Positions 1-11,020 of a stretch of 64,000 nucleotides of DNA are shown one piece after another. The stretch is from the IMG/VR virus record IMGVR_UViG_3300042566_001492. The stretch is one strand, 5' to 3'. Under the pieces are notes generated by a model. It made no database searches. It was not told where the DNA came from and was given only the letters and a program-made list of their open reading frames with translations. Each line of letters starts with the position of its first letter. The first letter of the stretch is position 1. Source of the DNA: an uncultured virus (IMG/VR IMGVR_UViG_3300042566_001492). Taxonomy: Duplodnaviria; Heunggongvirae; Uroviricota; Caudoviricetes. The translations under genes were made by a program, and so were the position numbers.

Positions 1-202
1 ATTCTTCATCTTCTATCTCGAAGTCATACATATCCTCATCCTTAATCTTATCCCACTCAAGATCTTGGTTACCTTGGTAGTCTACTTCTTCAAAGAATCT
101 ATCTTGATCTTCCTCGAATAAAGCAGCTTCTTCATCCGTTAATTCTGCCGAATACTTACAAATTGTTGTGTAAGATTCAAACCATACTAATTTTTTTGCC
201 AT
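1..202 (-). CDS. Acidic hypothetical protein (67 codons visible, reaches window edge)
   Basis: Read by hand, not in the ORF track: ATG at 202, MAKKLVWFESYTTICKYSAELTDEEAALFEEDQDRFFEEV..., open to position 1. Confidence 0.6.
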   Translation of the reverse strand, partial: MAKKLVWFESYTTICKYSAELTDEEAALFEEDQDRFFEEVDYQGNQDLEWDKIKDEDMYDFEIEDEE

Positions 203-257
203 AATGTTAAATTTTAAAAGTTATAAAAAGTATATTTAAGAAATATAAAAAGTTTGA

Positions 258-821
258 CTACTTATTAGAAAATTTCATAGGATAGTTATGATGAACTTTT
301 CCTTTACTTATTTTATCTAATTTAGATTGTAGTAACTTTCGTCTTAAAGGAGCAACTTTATCAATCCACATAACTCCTTCTAAATGGTCATATTCGTGTT
401 GTAATATCCGAGCTTTTATCCCAGTAAATTCTTCTTCATGTAAATTCCACTCTTCATCAAACCAAGTCATAATAATTTTTGACGGTCTGGTAATTTCTTC
501 AGAAACACGGGGAAGTGATAAACAACCTTCTCTGAAAGTAAAGTCTTCGCCAAATTCTTCCTCAATTATTGGATTTATAAATACTCTCTTAAATTCTTCT
601 AATCCTTCTTCTAGAAAATCAGAAGACATTTCTTTAGAATTTATAACTATTAATCTTATACTTTTTCCGATTTGAGGAGCGGCTAGTCCAATACCACCAG
701 CTTTCTCCATCGTCTCAAACATATCTTTAATTAGATTGTCTAATTCCGGATAATCTTTATCAATCTCTTCTGATTCTTTTCTAAGAATCGAATTTCCATA
801 AGCGTATACAGGTAAAATCAT
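258..821 (-). CDS. def: Peptide deformylase
   Basis: Motifs GIGLAAPQIG, EGCLS and QHEYDHLEG. Confidence 0.97.
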   Translation of the reverse strand: MILPVYAYGNSILRKESEEIDKDYPELDNLIKDMFETMEKAGGIGLAAPQIGKSIRLIVINSKEMSSDFLEEGLEEFKRVFINPIIEEEFGEDFTFREGCLSLPRVSEEITRPSKIIMTWFDEEWNLHEEEFTGIKARILQHEYDHLEGVMWIDKVAPLRRKLLQSKLDKISKGKVHHNYPMKFSNK

Positions 822-969
822 ATCTATTATAACACAAAAATAAAAAAAGTTAAGTCTTCAATAAAAAATCCATAAAATATTTAAAACAAAGGATTTCAAT
901 TTTCATATATACACTTAGTGTAAAAAATATTGGTTCAGATTAATCTCTGTATCAAAAAAAAAATTTCCT

Positions 970-1806
970 ATGAGAAACACTAAAACCTATCATGAGCTCG
1001 TACAAAAGATGCGAGCATTTTTTTTGCAAAAAGGCTTCGTTGAAGTCCCAACACAATCTAGATTATCAATCTTAGCAGCGTGTGAAAATCCTCACTCAAT
1101 TACCACATTCAACTACAGTGGTGAAGTTTGGCCCCTACCACAAACCGGTCAAATGTGGCTAGAACATGAATTACTTATGAATCCAGAATGGCCTGGATGC
1201 TTTTGTATTTCAACATCTTACAGACAAGAAAAAGATCCAATTCCTGGAAGACACGAATTAATTTTCCCAATGTTTGAGTTTGAATCTAAAGGTGGTATGA
1301 AAGAACTACTTAAATTAGAATCAGAACTTTTAGAACATTTAGGATTCGACCAACCAGTTGAAGTAAATTACGATGAAGTTTGTCAAGAGTACGGTGGAGT
1401 TCCAATTTTAGAAAATGAACACGAACAAAAAATGTGGAATGAAAAAGGATCTGTTATTTCACTTCAGAACTTTCCAAGAAGAACCAATCCATTCTGGAAT
1501 ATGCAACACAACAACAATGGCATCTTCAATAAAGTAGATGTTATTCTTTATGGACAAGAAACCATTGGTTCTGCTGAAAGAAGTTGCGATGTTGAGAAAA
1601 TGAAAGAGATGTTCTACACAATCGAAGACGGTAAATACTGTGCTAAATTGTTTGAGTTGTTTAGTAAAGAAAGAGTAGAAGCAGAACTTGAAACATTCTT
1701 ACAATATGAATTCTTTCCAAGATTCGGAGGTGGAATTGGTATGACAAGATTGGCTCGAGCATATGAAATGATGAAAAGTGAAAAAGAAGTTGAAGAACTG
1801 GCTTAA
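970..1806 (+). CDS. Class IIb aminoacyl-tRNA synthetase-like catalytic domain (Asp/Asn/Lys type) with no anticodon-binding domain; AsnA(archaeal-type)/EpmA-like
   Basis: Motif 1 FFLQKGFVEVPT, motif 2 YRQE...RH..IFPMFEFE, motif 3 GGGIGMTRL; only 278 aa, no N-terminal OB fold. Confidence 0.8.
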   Translation: MRNTKTYHELVQKMRAFFLQKGFVEVPTQSRLSILAACENPHSITTFNYSGEVWPLPQTGQMWLEHELLMNPEWPGCFCISTSYRQEKDPIPGRHELIFPMFEFESKGGMKELLKLESELLEHLGFDQPVEVNYDEVCQEYGGVPILENEHEQKMWNEKGSVISLQNFPRRTNPFWNMQHNNNGIFNKVDVILYGQETIGSAERSCDVEKMKEMFYTIEDGKYCAKLFELFSKERVEAELETFLQYEFFPRFGGGIGMTRLARAYEMMKSEKEVEELA

Positions 1807-1813
1807 ATATTAG

Positions 1814-1839
1814 AAGGGAGAGTAAAATCTCCCTTTTTT
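1814..1839 (+). terminator. Rho-independent terminator
   Basis: aagggaga-gtaaaa-tctccctt followed by a T run. Confidence 0.8.
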
Positions 1840-1890
1840 ATTTTAAAACATTTACAATTTTAATAATAGAAGACTAAAATAATATCTTAA

Positions 1891-2490
1891 GTGGTGATAG
1901 TAATAGATGGTGTCGTAGGTGCAGGAAAATCTACATTAGCTCAAAAAGTAAGTAATAAATTGGGAATTCCAATTTATGAAGAACTACAAAATCAAACAAC
2001 AATGAATCTTTTAGAAGAATTCTATAAAGATAAAAAAAGATGGGCATTTACCTTACAAATACACTTTCTAAACGAAAGATTTAAGATGATTAAACAAATC
2101 CATAAAAACGGTGGTGGTATTTTAGACCGTTCTATTTTTGGGGATAGAATTTTCGCATCTATGTTGAATGAAGATGGTTATATGACAGACGATGAGTTTG
2201 CAACCTATACTACACTACTAGATAATATGTTGGAACATTCACAAAATCCACAGTTTTTAATTTATATTGATTGTGATATTGAAACAGCTATGTCTAGAAT
2301 TAAGAAAAGAGGTAGAGATATGGAACAATCAGTTGATAGATACTACTGGGGAAGATTAAATCAAAAATATCAAGACTGGTATAACAATTATGACTTATCT
2401 GATAAAATTTCCATAAGTGCGACTTCGTACCATCCAGATAATGAAGAAGATATTCAGAAAATTATTGATTTAGCTGGATTAACTATCTAA
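1891..2490 (+). CDS. Deoxynucleoside kinase
   Basis: P-loop GVVGAGKST, LDRSIFGD, RIKKRGRDME lid. Confidence 0.92.
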   Translation: MVIVIDGVVGAGKSTLAQKVSNKLGIPIYEELQNQTTMNLLEEFYKDKKRWAFTLQIHFLNERFKMIKQIHKNGGGILDRSIFGDRIFASMLNEDGYMTDDEFATYTTLLDNMLEHSQNPQFLIYIDCDIETAMSRIKKRGRDMEQSVDRYYWGRLNQKYQDWYNNYDLSDKISISATSYHPDNEEDIQKIIDLAGLTI

Positions 2491-2719
2491 ATTTATTAAT
2501 CAAGTATTTAATAGAGTCTTTTATTTCAGTAATTGGATTTGTATTAGAAAATACAAAGTAAAATCCAAAACAAAATACCGCAAGCAAGTACAAAACCAAA
2601 TTGGCTCCTAAATAAGATCCTGTTATCCTCATCAACATGATCTGTATAGCGTCGAATCCGAACGGATTGAAGAACATTCCTAACATTAGGAATAGAGTTG
2701 CTAATTTTTGTTTTTTCAT
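2483..2719 (-). CDS. Small two-TM membrane protein
   Basis: Two hydrophobic segments in 78 aa. Confidence 0.6.
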   Translation of the reverse strand: MKKQKLATLFLMLGMFFNPFGFDAIQIMLMRITGSYLGANLVLYLLAVFCFGFYFVFSNTNPITEIKDSIKYLINKFR

Positions 2720-2831
2720 TTCTCAAACTGGGACCAGGTTCCATATTACTGCTATTTTTTGACTTACTCTTCCAACAAACACAATCAACAACACCGAAGA
2801 GAAGTTATTTCTAAAAAATTATATATAAATT

Positions 2832-3479
2832 ATGAAACATCTAAAAAGGTTTTTTGAGTCTACAGATTTTAGTAAAGAAGACATACTAGAAAATTTTCTT
2901 TTTATAACTGATAAACTTGGTGATCCAGAAATATACTCATCTAAATTTGGTAATTCATCAAAGTGGATTATAAGATGGGACCTCAAAATAGATTTATCAG
3001 TTTTACAAGAAGCATCAGAGTTAATTTCAAAATTAAAAGAATTGACAGAAGATATAGATGATGTATTAACAGCCGCTGATAGAATTGGTGAATATAATAT
3101 CAATATGAGTATAACTGATCTATTAATACTCGAAATGGTTCCTAAAGACACTGGAAATAATGAATTTAATTTCATAAAAGGTTATGACAGTAGAATACTA
3201 TATGTAAGAAAAAATGAAATTGAAAGATTTTTTAACTCCAGAGGTATTAGAATAGTGAAGTGGGATAATGAAAGTTCATATAATGAGTACAATCAAAATA
3301 ATGATTTGGATATACACCTGAGTAAAAATGACATAGAGGTCACAGATGATTTTAAGAGATTAGTCAATATAGAACTGAGAAGAATAGATGATAGAGAATA
3401 TGAGTGTTCTGGTGGTGGAAGTGTAATTTCAATATGTTCTTTAGAAGAAAAGGCTTATGTAGAAATGACACTTAATTAA
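2832..3479 (+). CDS. Hypothetical protein with N-terminal MKHLKRFFES leader
   Basis: ORF; leader motif; TTATATATA 4 nt before ATG. Confidence 0.7.
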   Translation: MKHLKRFFESTDFSKEDILENFLFITDKLGDPEIYSSKFGNSSKWIIRWDLKIDLSVLQEASELISKLKELTEDIDDVLTAADRIGEYNINMSITDLLILEMVPKDTGNNEFNFIKGYDSRILYVRKNEIERFFNSRGIRIVKWDNESSYNEYNQNNDLDIHLSKNDIEVTDDFKRLVNIELRRIDDREYECSGGGSVISICSLEEKAYVEMTLN

Positions 3480-3666
3480 CATGACATTTTGTTATCTCAA
3501 CAGCATCATTTTGATATCCATCAAATAAATCTTTTCTATCTAAAGTAAAACGAGAAACCCCTAATTGTCCGGAATCATAATTTTGGAATAACTTTCCAAG
3601 ATTGACAAATGACTCAACTTTACCAGTCATTTTCCACCTAATAACAATTACCGTTTGACTTCTCAT
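3472..3666 (-). CDS. Hypothetical protein
   Basis: 64-aa ORF co-oriented with the upstream phosphoesterase. Confidence 0.5.
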   Translation of the reverse strand: MRSQTVIVIRWKMTGKVESFVNLGKLFQNYDSGQLGVSRFTLDRKDLFDGYQNDAVEITKCHVN

Positions 3667-3696
3667 ATAAATTTATAAACAAAAAAGAGAGATTGT

Positions 3697-4455
3697 TTAA
3701 TCTCTCTCTTCCCACAATTCACTAACATTTAACAATCTATGTTTAATACCATCACAGTTCATAACATCAGTTTTGTGAAAGTGTCCATAGTAATGATGCG
3801 TGATATTATTATTCATTTTAAGAATAGTAAAGGCATCGGTAACTTGTTGTCTTTCTACAAGTAAATCAGTTTTTAATTCAGTATCTCCGGTTTCTCTAAC
3901 AATTCCTTCAACAAAAGGACCAAATCCAAATGTATTATCTGGTTCACAATAATGAGGAGCCGTGTGTGTAACAACAATATCGATATCTCTCATTTCACCT
4001 AACTTATCTCTATCTAAAATAAATAATTCATCAGGCCACCAACTTTCAACACCTAAAGTTTGATTGTCAAAGTTACCGACTCTTTGAGCTTTAGTATATC
4101 TATATTTTCTATCGACACTAATAGCACCTCCTATACAAAGTATTCTTTTTCCTACTAACTCTAAAACTGTATAGTCTGGTATAAGATGAATATTTGTAAA
4201 TCCAAACGGATCATTATCAAAGTGAGGCTTGTAATCATGATTTCCACGAATTGCCCAAACATGAACATTATTTTTCACTAAAATATCATGAAACATTTCA
4301 AGCATTCTGGTTTCTTTTTCAACAGTCTTGAATCCAACTCCGAAATCACCAACTTGAATTATATGAGCGTCCTTAATACCATATAACTTCACATACTGAT
4401 GTATCAGATTAAAATTACCATGGATGTCACCCAAATAAAAAACTCTTTGTTTCAT
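3697..4455 (-). CDS. Calcineurin-like metallophosphoesterase
   Basis: GDIHG, VGDFG, RGNHD, THTAP, GHFH motifs. Confidence 0.92.
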   Translation of the reverse strand: MKQRVFYLGDIHGNFNLIHQYVKLYGIKDAHIIQVGDFGVGFKTVEKETRMLEMFHDILVKNNVHVWAIRGNHDYKPHFDNDPFGFTNIHLIPDYTVLELVGKRILCIGGAISVDRKYRYTKAQRVGNFDNQTLGVESWWPDELFILDRDKLGEMRDIDIVVTHTAPHYCEPDNTFGFGPFVEGIVRETGDTELKTDLLVERQQVTDAFTILKMNNNITHHYYGHFHKTDVMNCDGIKHRLLNVSELWEERD

Positions 4456-4461
4456 AGTTTA

Positions 4462-4493
4462 CAAATATAATTAAAACTTTTCAGACTTCCAAA
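4462..4493 (-). promoter_or_regulatory. Bacteroidota sigma70-type promoter (-33 TTTG / -7 TAnnTTTG)
   Basis: Minus strand TTTG-N20-TATATTTG, 6 nt before the ATG at 4455. Confidence 0.75.
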
Positions 4494-4555
4494 TTTATTA
4501 GATGTATATCATGATGTTACATGAAATTTAGGAAATTTTGAATATAATCAATATT

Positions 4556-4564
4556 TAATATATA
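4556..4564 (+). promoter_or_regulatory. TAATATATA motif (putative phage late promoter)
   Basis: One copy of a motif recurring just upstream of many genes. Confidence 0.6.
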
Positions 4565-4572
4565 ACATAATT

Positions 4573-5139
4573 ATGAAAAAGATTAAAACTTTCCAAACAT
4601 TTAATGATGGATTTGATAAATTCTCTTCTTACTTATATTCTATTCTTAAAAGAGGTGGTAAATTCGCATCAGATGTTTGGGAAGCGACTAAAGTAGAAGG
4701 AGAAGAAACAAAATTAGCATTACGAATTTTATCCAAAATGATTAAAGGTGAAGATGTCACTGATAGAGAAAAACAATTCTTAAAAGCTCAGTCAGGTGAT
4801 ATCATTAGGATACTACCATTGGTTGCTATATCAGGAATACCAATTCCAATTCCAATCACTCCACTACTAGTTATGTTGGGTAAAAAATATGGATTTGATT
4901 TTCTACCTAAAGATCATAGACAACTTCTTAGTAATCAAATAGAGCTTCCAGAAAATGTCAAAGTTATGTTAAATGAATTTCCAGAATCAGGAATGGGATA
5001 TCATAATGTAGATATTATACTTAAAGATGGAAAAATATTAACATCTCGAAAAATAATTAATGGAACATATTTACTCTTAAACCCTACGGAATCAATAGAT
5101 ACAAATAACATAGAAAGCCTTACCCAGACTACAAATTAA
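4573..5139 (+). CDS. Leader-tagged protein with a LETM1-like helical/TM region and a small C-terminal domain
   Basis: MKKIKTFQTFND leader; ETK..L..L...DVTDREKQFLKAQSGDIIRILP...LLVMLGKKYGFDFLP resembles the LETM1 N-terminal region; C-terminal FPESGMGYHNVDIIL. Confidence 0.55.
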   Translation: MKKIKTFQTFNDGFDKFSSYLYSILKRGGKFASDVWEATKVEGEETKLALRILSKMIKGEDVTDREKQFLKAQSGDIIRILPLVAISGIPIPIPITPLLVMLGKKYGFDFLPKDHRQLLSNQIELPENVKVMLNEFPESGMGYHNVDIILKDGKILTSRKIINGTYLLLNPTESIDTNNIESLTQTTN

Positions 5140-5184
5140 ATTTTATATTATTTTTATAAATATATAGAAAAACAATTATTTTCT

Positions 5185-7323
5185 ATGTCAATAAAGTCTA
5201 AAATTTCATTAATTATATCCATTATAATAATGAGTATTTTCTTTTTCACAAAAACCTCAGTTTTTATAGACATATTACCATCAACTCCTACAACTAGAGG
5301 AATTGAATATTTTTGCTTTTTACTTTTTGTACCCTTCTTTTATGTTGTTATAAGAGAACAACTTCATAAGAATAGATTAGAAGCAAAAATGGCTAAGTAT
5401 ATTAAAAAATTAAATAATGCACTTGTTAATCAATCTCACAATACTTTATTTTATGAAGGTAAAGTAGAACAAGGAGCTAAAGCACTAACAAAAGAAGTTA
5501 TTACAACAATGGAAGTTGATAGATGTTCTATATGGTTATATAATTCCGATAAAACATCTATAACTTGTCAACAACTTTATATAAAGTCTGAAGATAGTTG
5601 GTATCAAAATATTGAACTATTTAGAAAAGACTTCACACCATATTTCGATCATTTGTTAATAGATCCTATAATAACAGCAAATGATGCTGAAGAACATCCA
5701 GCTACAAAATGTTTTACTGAAACTTATTTAAAACCGCTTGGAATAAAATCAATGTTAGATGTTCCAATAATACACAGAGGTGAAGTTATTGGTGTTATCT
5801 GTATTGAGTCTTTTATTGGTCGTGAATGGAATAAGTCCGAAGTTGACTTTGCTCAAATGTTATCATCATTATACACATTTGCTTACTCTGTAGGTGAATC
5901 TAATAAATTATCAGAGCAGATGTTTGAGAATGATAAATTTCTTGATGCGTCTGCTATCATCTCAGTTGCTGATTCTAAAGGAAAGATAACTTATGTTAAC
6001 CAAAGATTTACAGATGTTTCTGGATATTCTTTAGAAGAAGTTATAGGAAAAGACCATAATATAGTAAACTCTGGTACACACACTAAAGAATTCTGGACAG
6101 AGATGTACAAAACCGTTATTGTAGATAAAGGTATTTGGAATGCTGTATGCACCAATCGTGCAAAAGATGGTTCCTTATATTATGTTGATACTTTTATAAA
6201 AGCTAGATTTGATAATAATAAACTTGTTGGTTTCTCTTCTATCCGACAAGATGTAACAGATTTAAAAAGAAAGGAAATGGAAATATCTAACAGGATGAAT
6301 GCTATTAATAGATCGAATGCTGTTATTGAATTTGACTTAGATGGCAACATAAGATTTGCAAATGATTCATTTTTAAATGTCTTAGGATATACACAAGATG
6401 AAATTGTTGGACAACATCATAGTTTATTTATAGAGAATGATTATAAAGATAGTGAGGAATATAAAGATTTTTGGAAATCTTTAAGAGAAGGTAACTTCTT
6501 TAGAGGTGAAATTACAAGAAGGAAAAAAGACGGAACATTGATTTACCTTCAAGCAACATACAATCCTATTTTAGGAAATGATGGCAAACCTTATCGAATA
6601 ATGAAAATTGCTACAGATATTACTGAAAGTTACAATCAACAGATGGAAATTGAAAAGAAAAATACTTACCTTGAACACTCCGCTAAGATATTAAGACATG
6701 ATATGCATAGTGGAATTAACACATATATGCCTCGTGGATTAAGCTCACTTGAAAGGAGATTATCAGATGACCAAATAAAAGAACTTAAATTGGAAGCTCC
6801 TCTTAAAATGATTAAAGAAGGTCTTCGTCATACTCAAAAAGTTTATAAAGGAGTTTATGAGTTTACGAATCTTGTTAAGAAAGATGTAGTACTCAATAGA
6901 TCTGAATGTAATCTAAAAGATATTCTTGAAGACTATCTATCAGCGACCGCCTATAGATCACAGGTAATAATTGAAGACTTAGGAACAATTGATGTCAATG
7001 AATCTCTTTTCTGCACTGCTGTAGATAACTTAATAAGAAACGGACTAAAATATAATGATTCGTCCACTAAGTTTGTTAAAATATATTCTGAAGAGAATTA
7101 TATTTACATACAAGATAATGGTAGAGGAATCACACAAGAAGATTTCGATCACTTATCTAAACCATATACAAGAAAAGAAGGTCAAAAAGAAACAGGTACT
7201 GGACTTGGTCTTAATATCTGCGTTGCTATTTTACAGGAACATGGGTTTGATATTTCTTGTGAAAAAAACGAAATAGGAACAAAAATAAAAATTAAAATAA
7301 AAAATAAATTAAAATATGATTGA
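5185..7323 (+). CDS. Sensor histidine kinase: 2 TM, GAF, 2 PAS, HisKA-like, HATPase_c
   Basis: GAF (RCSIWL...GIKSMLDVPI...IGVICIE), PAS (ITYVNQRFTDVSGYSLEEVIG; IRFANDSFLNVLGYTQDEIVGQHH), H-box LRHDM, N-box NLIRNGLKY, G1 QDNGRGI, G2 GTGLGL. Confidence 0.93.
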   Translation: MSIKSKISLIISIIIMSIFFFTKTSVFIDILPSTPTTRGIEYFCFLLFVPFFYVVIREQLHKNRLEAKMAKYIKKLNNALVNQSHNTLFYEGKVEQGAKALTKEVITTMEVDRCSIWLYNSDKTSITCQQLYIKSEDSWYQNIELFRKDFTPYFDHLLIDPIITANDAEEHPATKCFTETYLKPLGIKSMLDVPIIHRGEVIGVICIESFIGREWNKSEVDFAQMLSSLYTFAYSVGESNKLSEQMFENDKFLDASAIISVADSKGKITYVNQRFTDVSGYSLEEVIGKDHNIVNSGTHTKEFWTEMYKTVIVDKGIWNAVCTNRAKDGSLYYVDTFIKARFDNNKLVGFSSIRQDVTDLKRKEMEISNRMNAINRSNAVIEFDLDGNIRFANDSFLNVLGYTQDEIVGQHHSLFIENDYKDSEEYKDFWKSLREGNFFRGEITRRKKDGTLIYLQATYNPILGNDGKPYRIMKIATDITESYNQQMEIEKKNTYLEHSAKILRHDMHSGINTYMPRGLSSLERRLSDDQIKELKLEAPLKMIKEGLRHTQKVYKGVYEFTNLVKKDVVLNRSECNLKDILEDYLSATAYRSQVIIEDLGTIDVNESLFCTAVDNLIRNGLKYNDSSTKFVKIYSEENYIYIQDNGRGITQEDFDHLSKPYTRKEGQKETGTGLGLNICVAILQEHGFDISCEKNEIGTKIKIKIKNKLKYD

Positions 7324-7747
7324 TTCAATTTTACTAGTAGACGATGAGAATTTATTTCACTTAGTATTCGAAGACGCTTGTAGCCTCTTAGACATCTCAC
7401 TTAGTCTTGAAGGAATAGATAGCTCTGATGAGGCGGCTAAACTATTTGAGGGATGGCAAAAAGATCCTAGTGGAAAACCAGAATGTGTTTTTGTAGACTT
7501 AAATATAATTGGTTCTTCTTATGATGGGATAGAATTAATTAGAAAAATTAATTTTGAATATGGTAATCACGTAGTTATTGGTATCATATCATCATCAAAC
7601 GAACCAGAAGAACAAGCAAAAGCAATTCAAGCCGGTGCTCAATTCTGGATAATTAAATCAGATGATATAGAACCAAGACTAGAGGATTTTAGAAAAGACT
7701 ACGATAGTTATAAAAATAGAACAGCTCCATTTAAGATTTACAAATGA
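7316..7747 (+). CDS. Single-domain response regulator (receiver only)
   Basis: ILLVDD, phospho-acceptor in VFVDLN, IISSS, conserved K in WIIKS; no output domain. Confidence 0.9.
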   Translation: MIDSILLVDDENLFHLVFEDACSLLDISLSLEGIDSSDEAAKLFEGWQKDPSGKPECVFVDLNIIGSSYDGIELIRKINFEYGNHVVIGIISSSNEPEEQAKAIQAGAQFWIIKSDDIEPRLEDFRKDYDSYKNRTAPFKIYK

Positions 7748-8421
7748 TAAAACTTGACAAAAAAACCAAGGATCAATTGATTGATTTATACAAGACAAAA
7801 AAAATTGCTCTTGAAGGAAATATTTTAAAATTAATTGATCCAGATGGTGATTTAGAGTTAGAAAGTTATTTAAAAGAAACCACTGAAAAAGATAAAGATA
7901 CTAGAAGAAAAAGATTAGAAGTAACTCGTAAAGTACAAAGTCAGAATAATGATTTAGTTAAGTGGAAAGAAGAAAATGAAAAAATTCAATTAGAGTTAAA
8001 GGAATCTCTTGAGAAAACAGAAAACTCTATGAGAGAAATGGAGTCTCTTAAAGAAGAAGCTGAATGCGCAAGATTAGAAGCAGAAAGGTTAAAAGAAGAG
8101 GCAGATCAGGCAAGATTAGAAGCCGAAATATCTAAACAAGAAGCAATAAATGCTAAGAATGTAGCAGAAGGTGATTTAGAGTTAATACAAAAGAAAACTC
8201 AATTTGAGTTGATAGGAACAATAGTTAAGGTTGCTCTTTGGGTTATACTTGGTGTTGGTGGAGTAACAACAGTTATGTACTTAGTTGCACTGTCAACTGG
8301 ATTAGACACAACAGTTATTGGATCAACTTGGAGTAATATTATAGGAATTTTATTAACAAACGCATTCAGTATTGTAGGTACAATTATGGGAGTTAAGTAT
8401 GCGTCAGAGAAGAAAGACTAA
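7744..8421 (+). CDS. Coiled-coil protein with two C-terminal TM helices, translationally coupled to the receiver gene
   Basis: ATGA overlap; EAECARLEAE/EADQARLEAE repeats; hydrophobic hairpin at the C-terminus. Confidence 0.75.
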   Translation: MIKLDKKTKDQLIDLYKTKKIALEGNILKLIDPDGDLELESYLKETTEKDKDTRRKRLEVTRKVQSQNNDLVKWKEENEKIQLELKESLEKTENSMREMESLKEEAECARLEAERLKEEADQARLEAEISKQEAINAKNVAEGDLELIQKKTQFELIGTIVKVALWVILGVGGVTTVMYLVALSTGLDTTVIGSTWSNIIGILLTNAFSIVGTIMGVKYASEKKD

Positions 8422-8849
8422 TATTTCATCAAGTAATCAACTACTTGTGACCAATTCATAAATCTCTCATCTTTTCCAAAAAAGATATGTTCACCCTCGA
8501 ATTCAGTTTGACCGTGTCGGTAATCATCATCAATTAGATAATCACCTTTTACTAATGACTTATTAGGACAAAGAATTAATTTTTCAAGCATTTGTTCACC
8601 AAAATAATTTTTAATCCACTCGGCTTTTTCGGTATAACAATGTGTATTTTTAATAGATGGTCTAGTTAAAATCCAAACATCATACTTAGTCATTAATGTA
8701 TTCATACCATCAATTGCACCTTCTAATGGTTGTAAATCTAAAAAGAAACCTACTTTAGAATGTGGGTATTTTAATTTGAATTCTCCTGACTTAAATGGAC
8801 CAATGAAATCACAAAGTGTGTCGTCCATATCTACATATACTCGTTTCAT
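8418..8849 (-). CDS. 5'(3')-deoxyribonucleotidase (NT5C/HAD family)
   Basis: Likely start MKRVYVDMDD at 8849, right after TACATTTG; EKAEWI, KSLVKGDYLIDD. Confidence 0.9.
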   Translation of the reverse strand: MKRVYVDMDDTLCDFIGPFKSGEFKLKYPHSKVGFFLDLQPLEGAIDGMNTLMTKYDVWILTRPSIKNTHCYTEKAEWIKNYFGEQMLEKLILCPNKSLVKGDYLIDDDYRHGQTEFEGEHIFFGKDERFMNWSQVVDYLMKY

Positions 8850-8850
8850 A

Positions 8851-9042
8851 TTACAAATGTATGAAATTTTTCCATTCTTTCCAATTATCAAATTCTTTTA
8901 AATTCTCAATCTCTGATTCAAGTTCGATAAATAACTTTTCTCTCATACTCTTATATTGATGTAACATAAGACCACCATTAATTGAATGTAAGTCAATCAT
9001 CGCGTTGACTTTTTTAATTTCTTCTATTATATCTTGTATCAT
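8851..9042 (-). CDS. Hypothetical protein
   Basis: 63-aa ORF within an operon. Confidence 0.5.
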   Translation of the reverse strand: MIQDIIEEIKKVNAMIDLHSINGGLMLHQYKSMREKLFIELESEIENLKEFDNWKEWKNFIHL

Positions 9043-9256
9043 ATTATTTGATTTATTTTTTCGTCTCTTTTCTCACTTAACCAGTTGTAATATTTTTCCA
9101 ATTTAACTACTTCTCCAAATCCTCTAACACTTTTGGATAAATTTATAACTTTAATATCTAGCATTTTATTATGAATATCAAATGAATCACATATTATATC
9201 TTTATTATATCTAAGATGTTCATGTAGGAAGTCGGTCAACAATTCTAAAGTTATCA

Positions 9257-9257
<1 letters not shown>
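9039..9257 (-). CDS. Hypothetical protein with C-terminal KRDEKINQII motif
   Basis: ORF coupled to purA; C-terminal motif. Confidence 0.6.
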
Positions 9258-10947
<1,690 letters not shown>

Positions 10948-11007
10948 TTATACGTTTATTAATACTTTATTTTTATGAAATCAATATAATAAAGTTGTAT
11001 TGTAATT

Positions 11008-11016
11008 TAATATATA
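11008..11016 (+). promoter_or_regulatory. TAATATATA motif (putative late promoter)
   Basis: 4 nt before the ATG at 11021. Confidence 0.6.
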
Positions 11017-11020
11017 AAGT

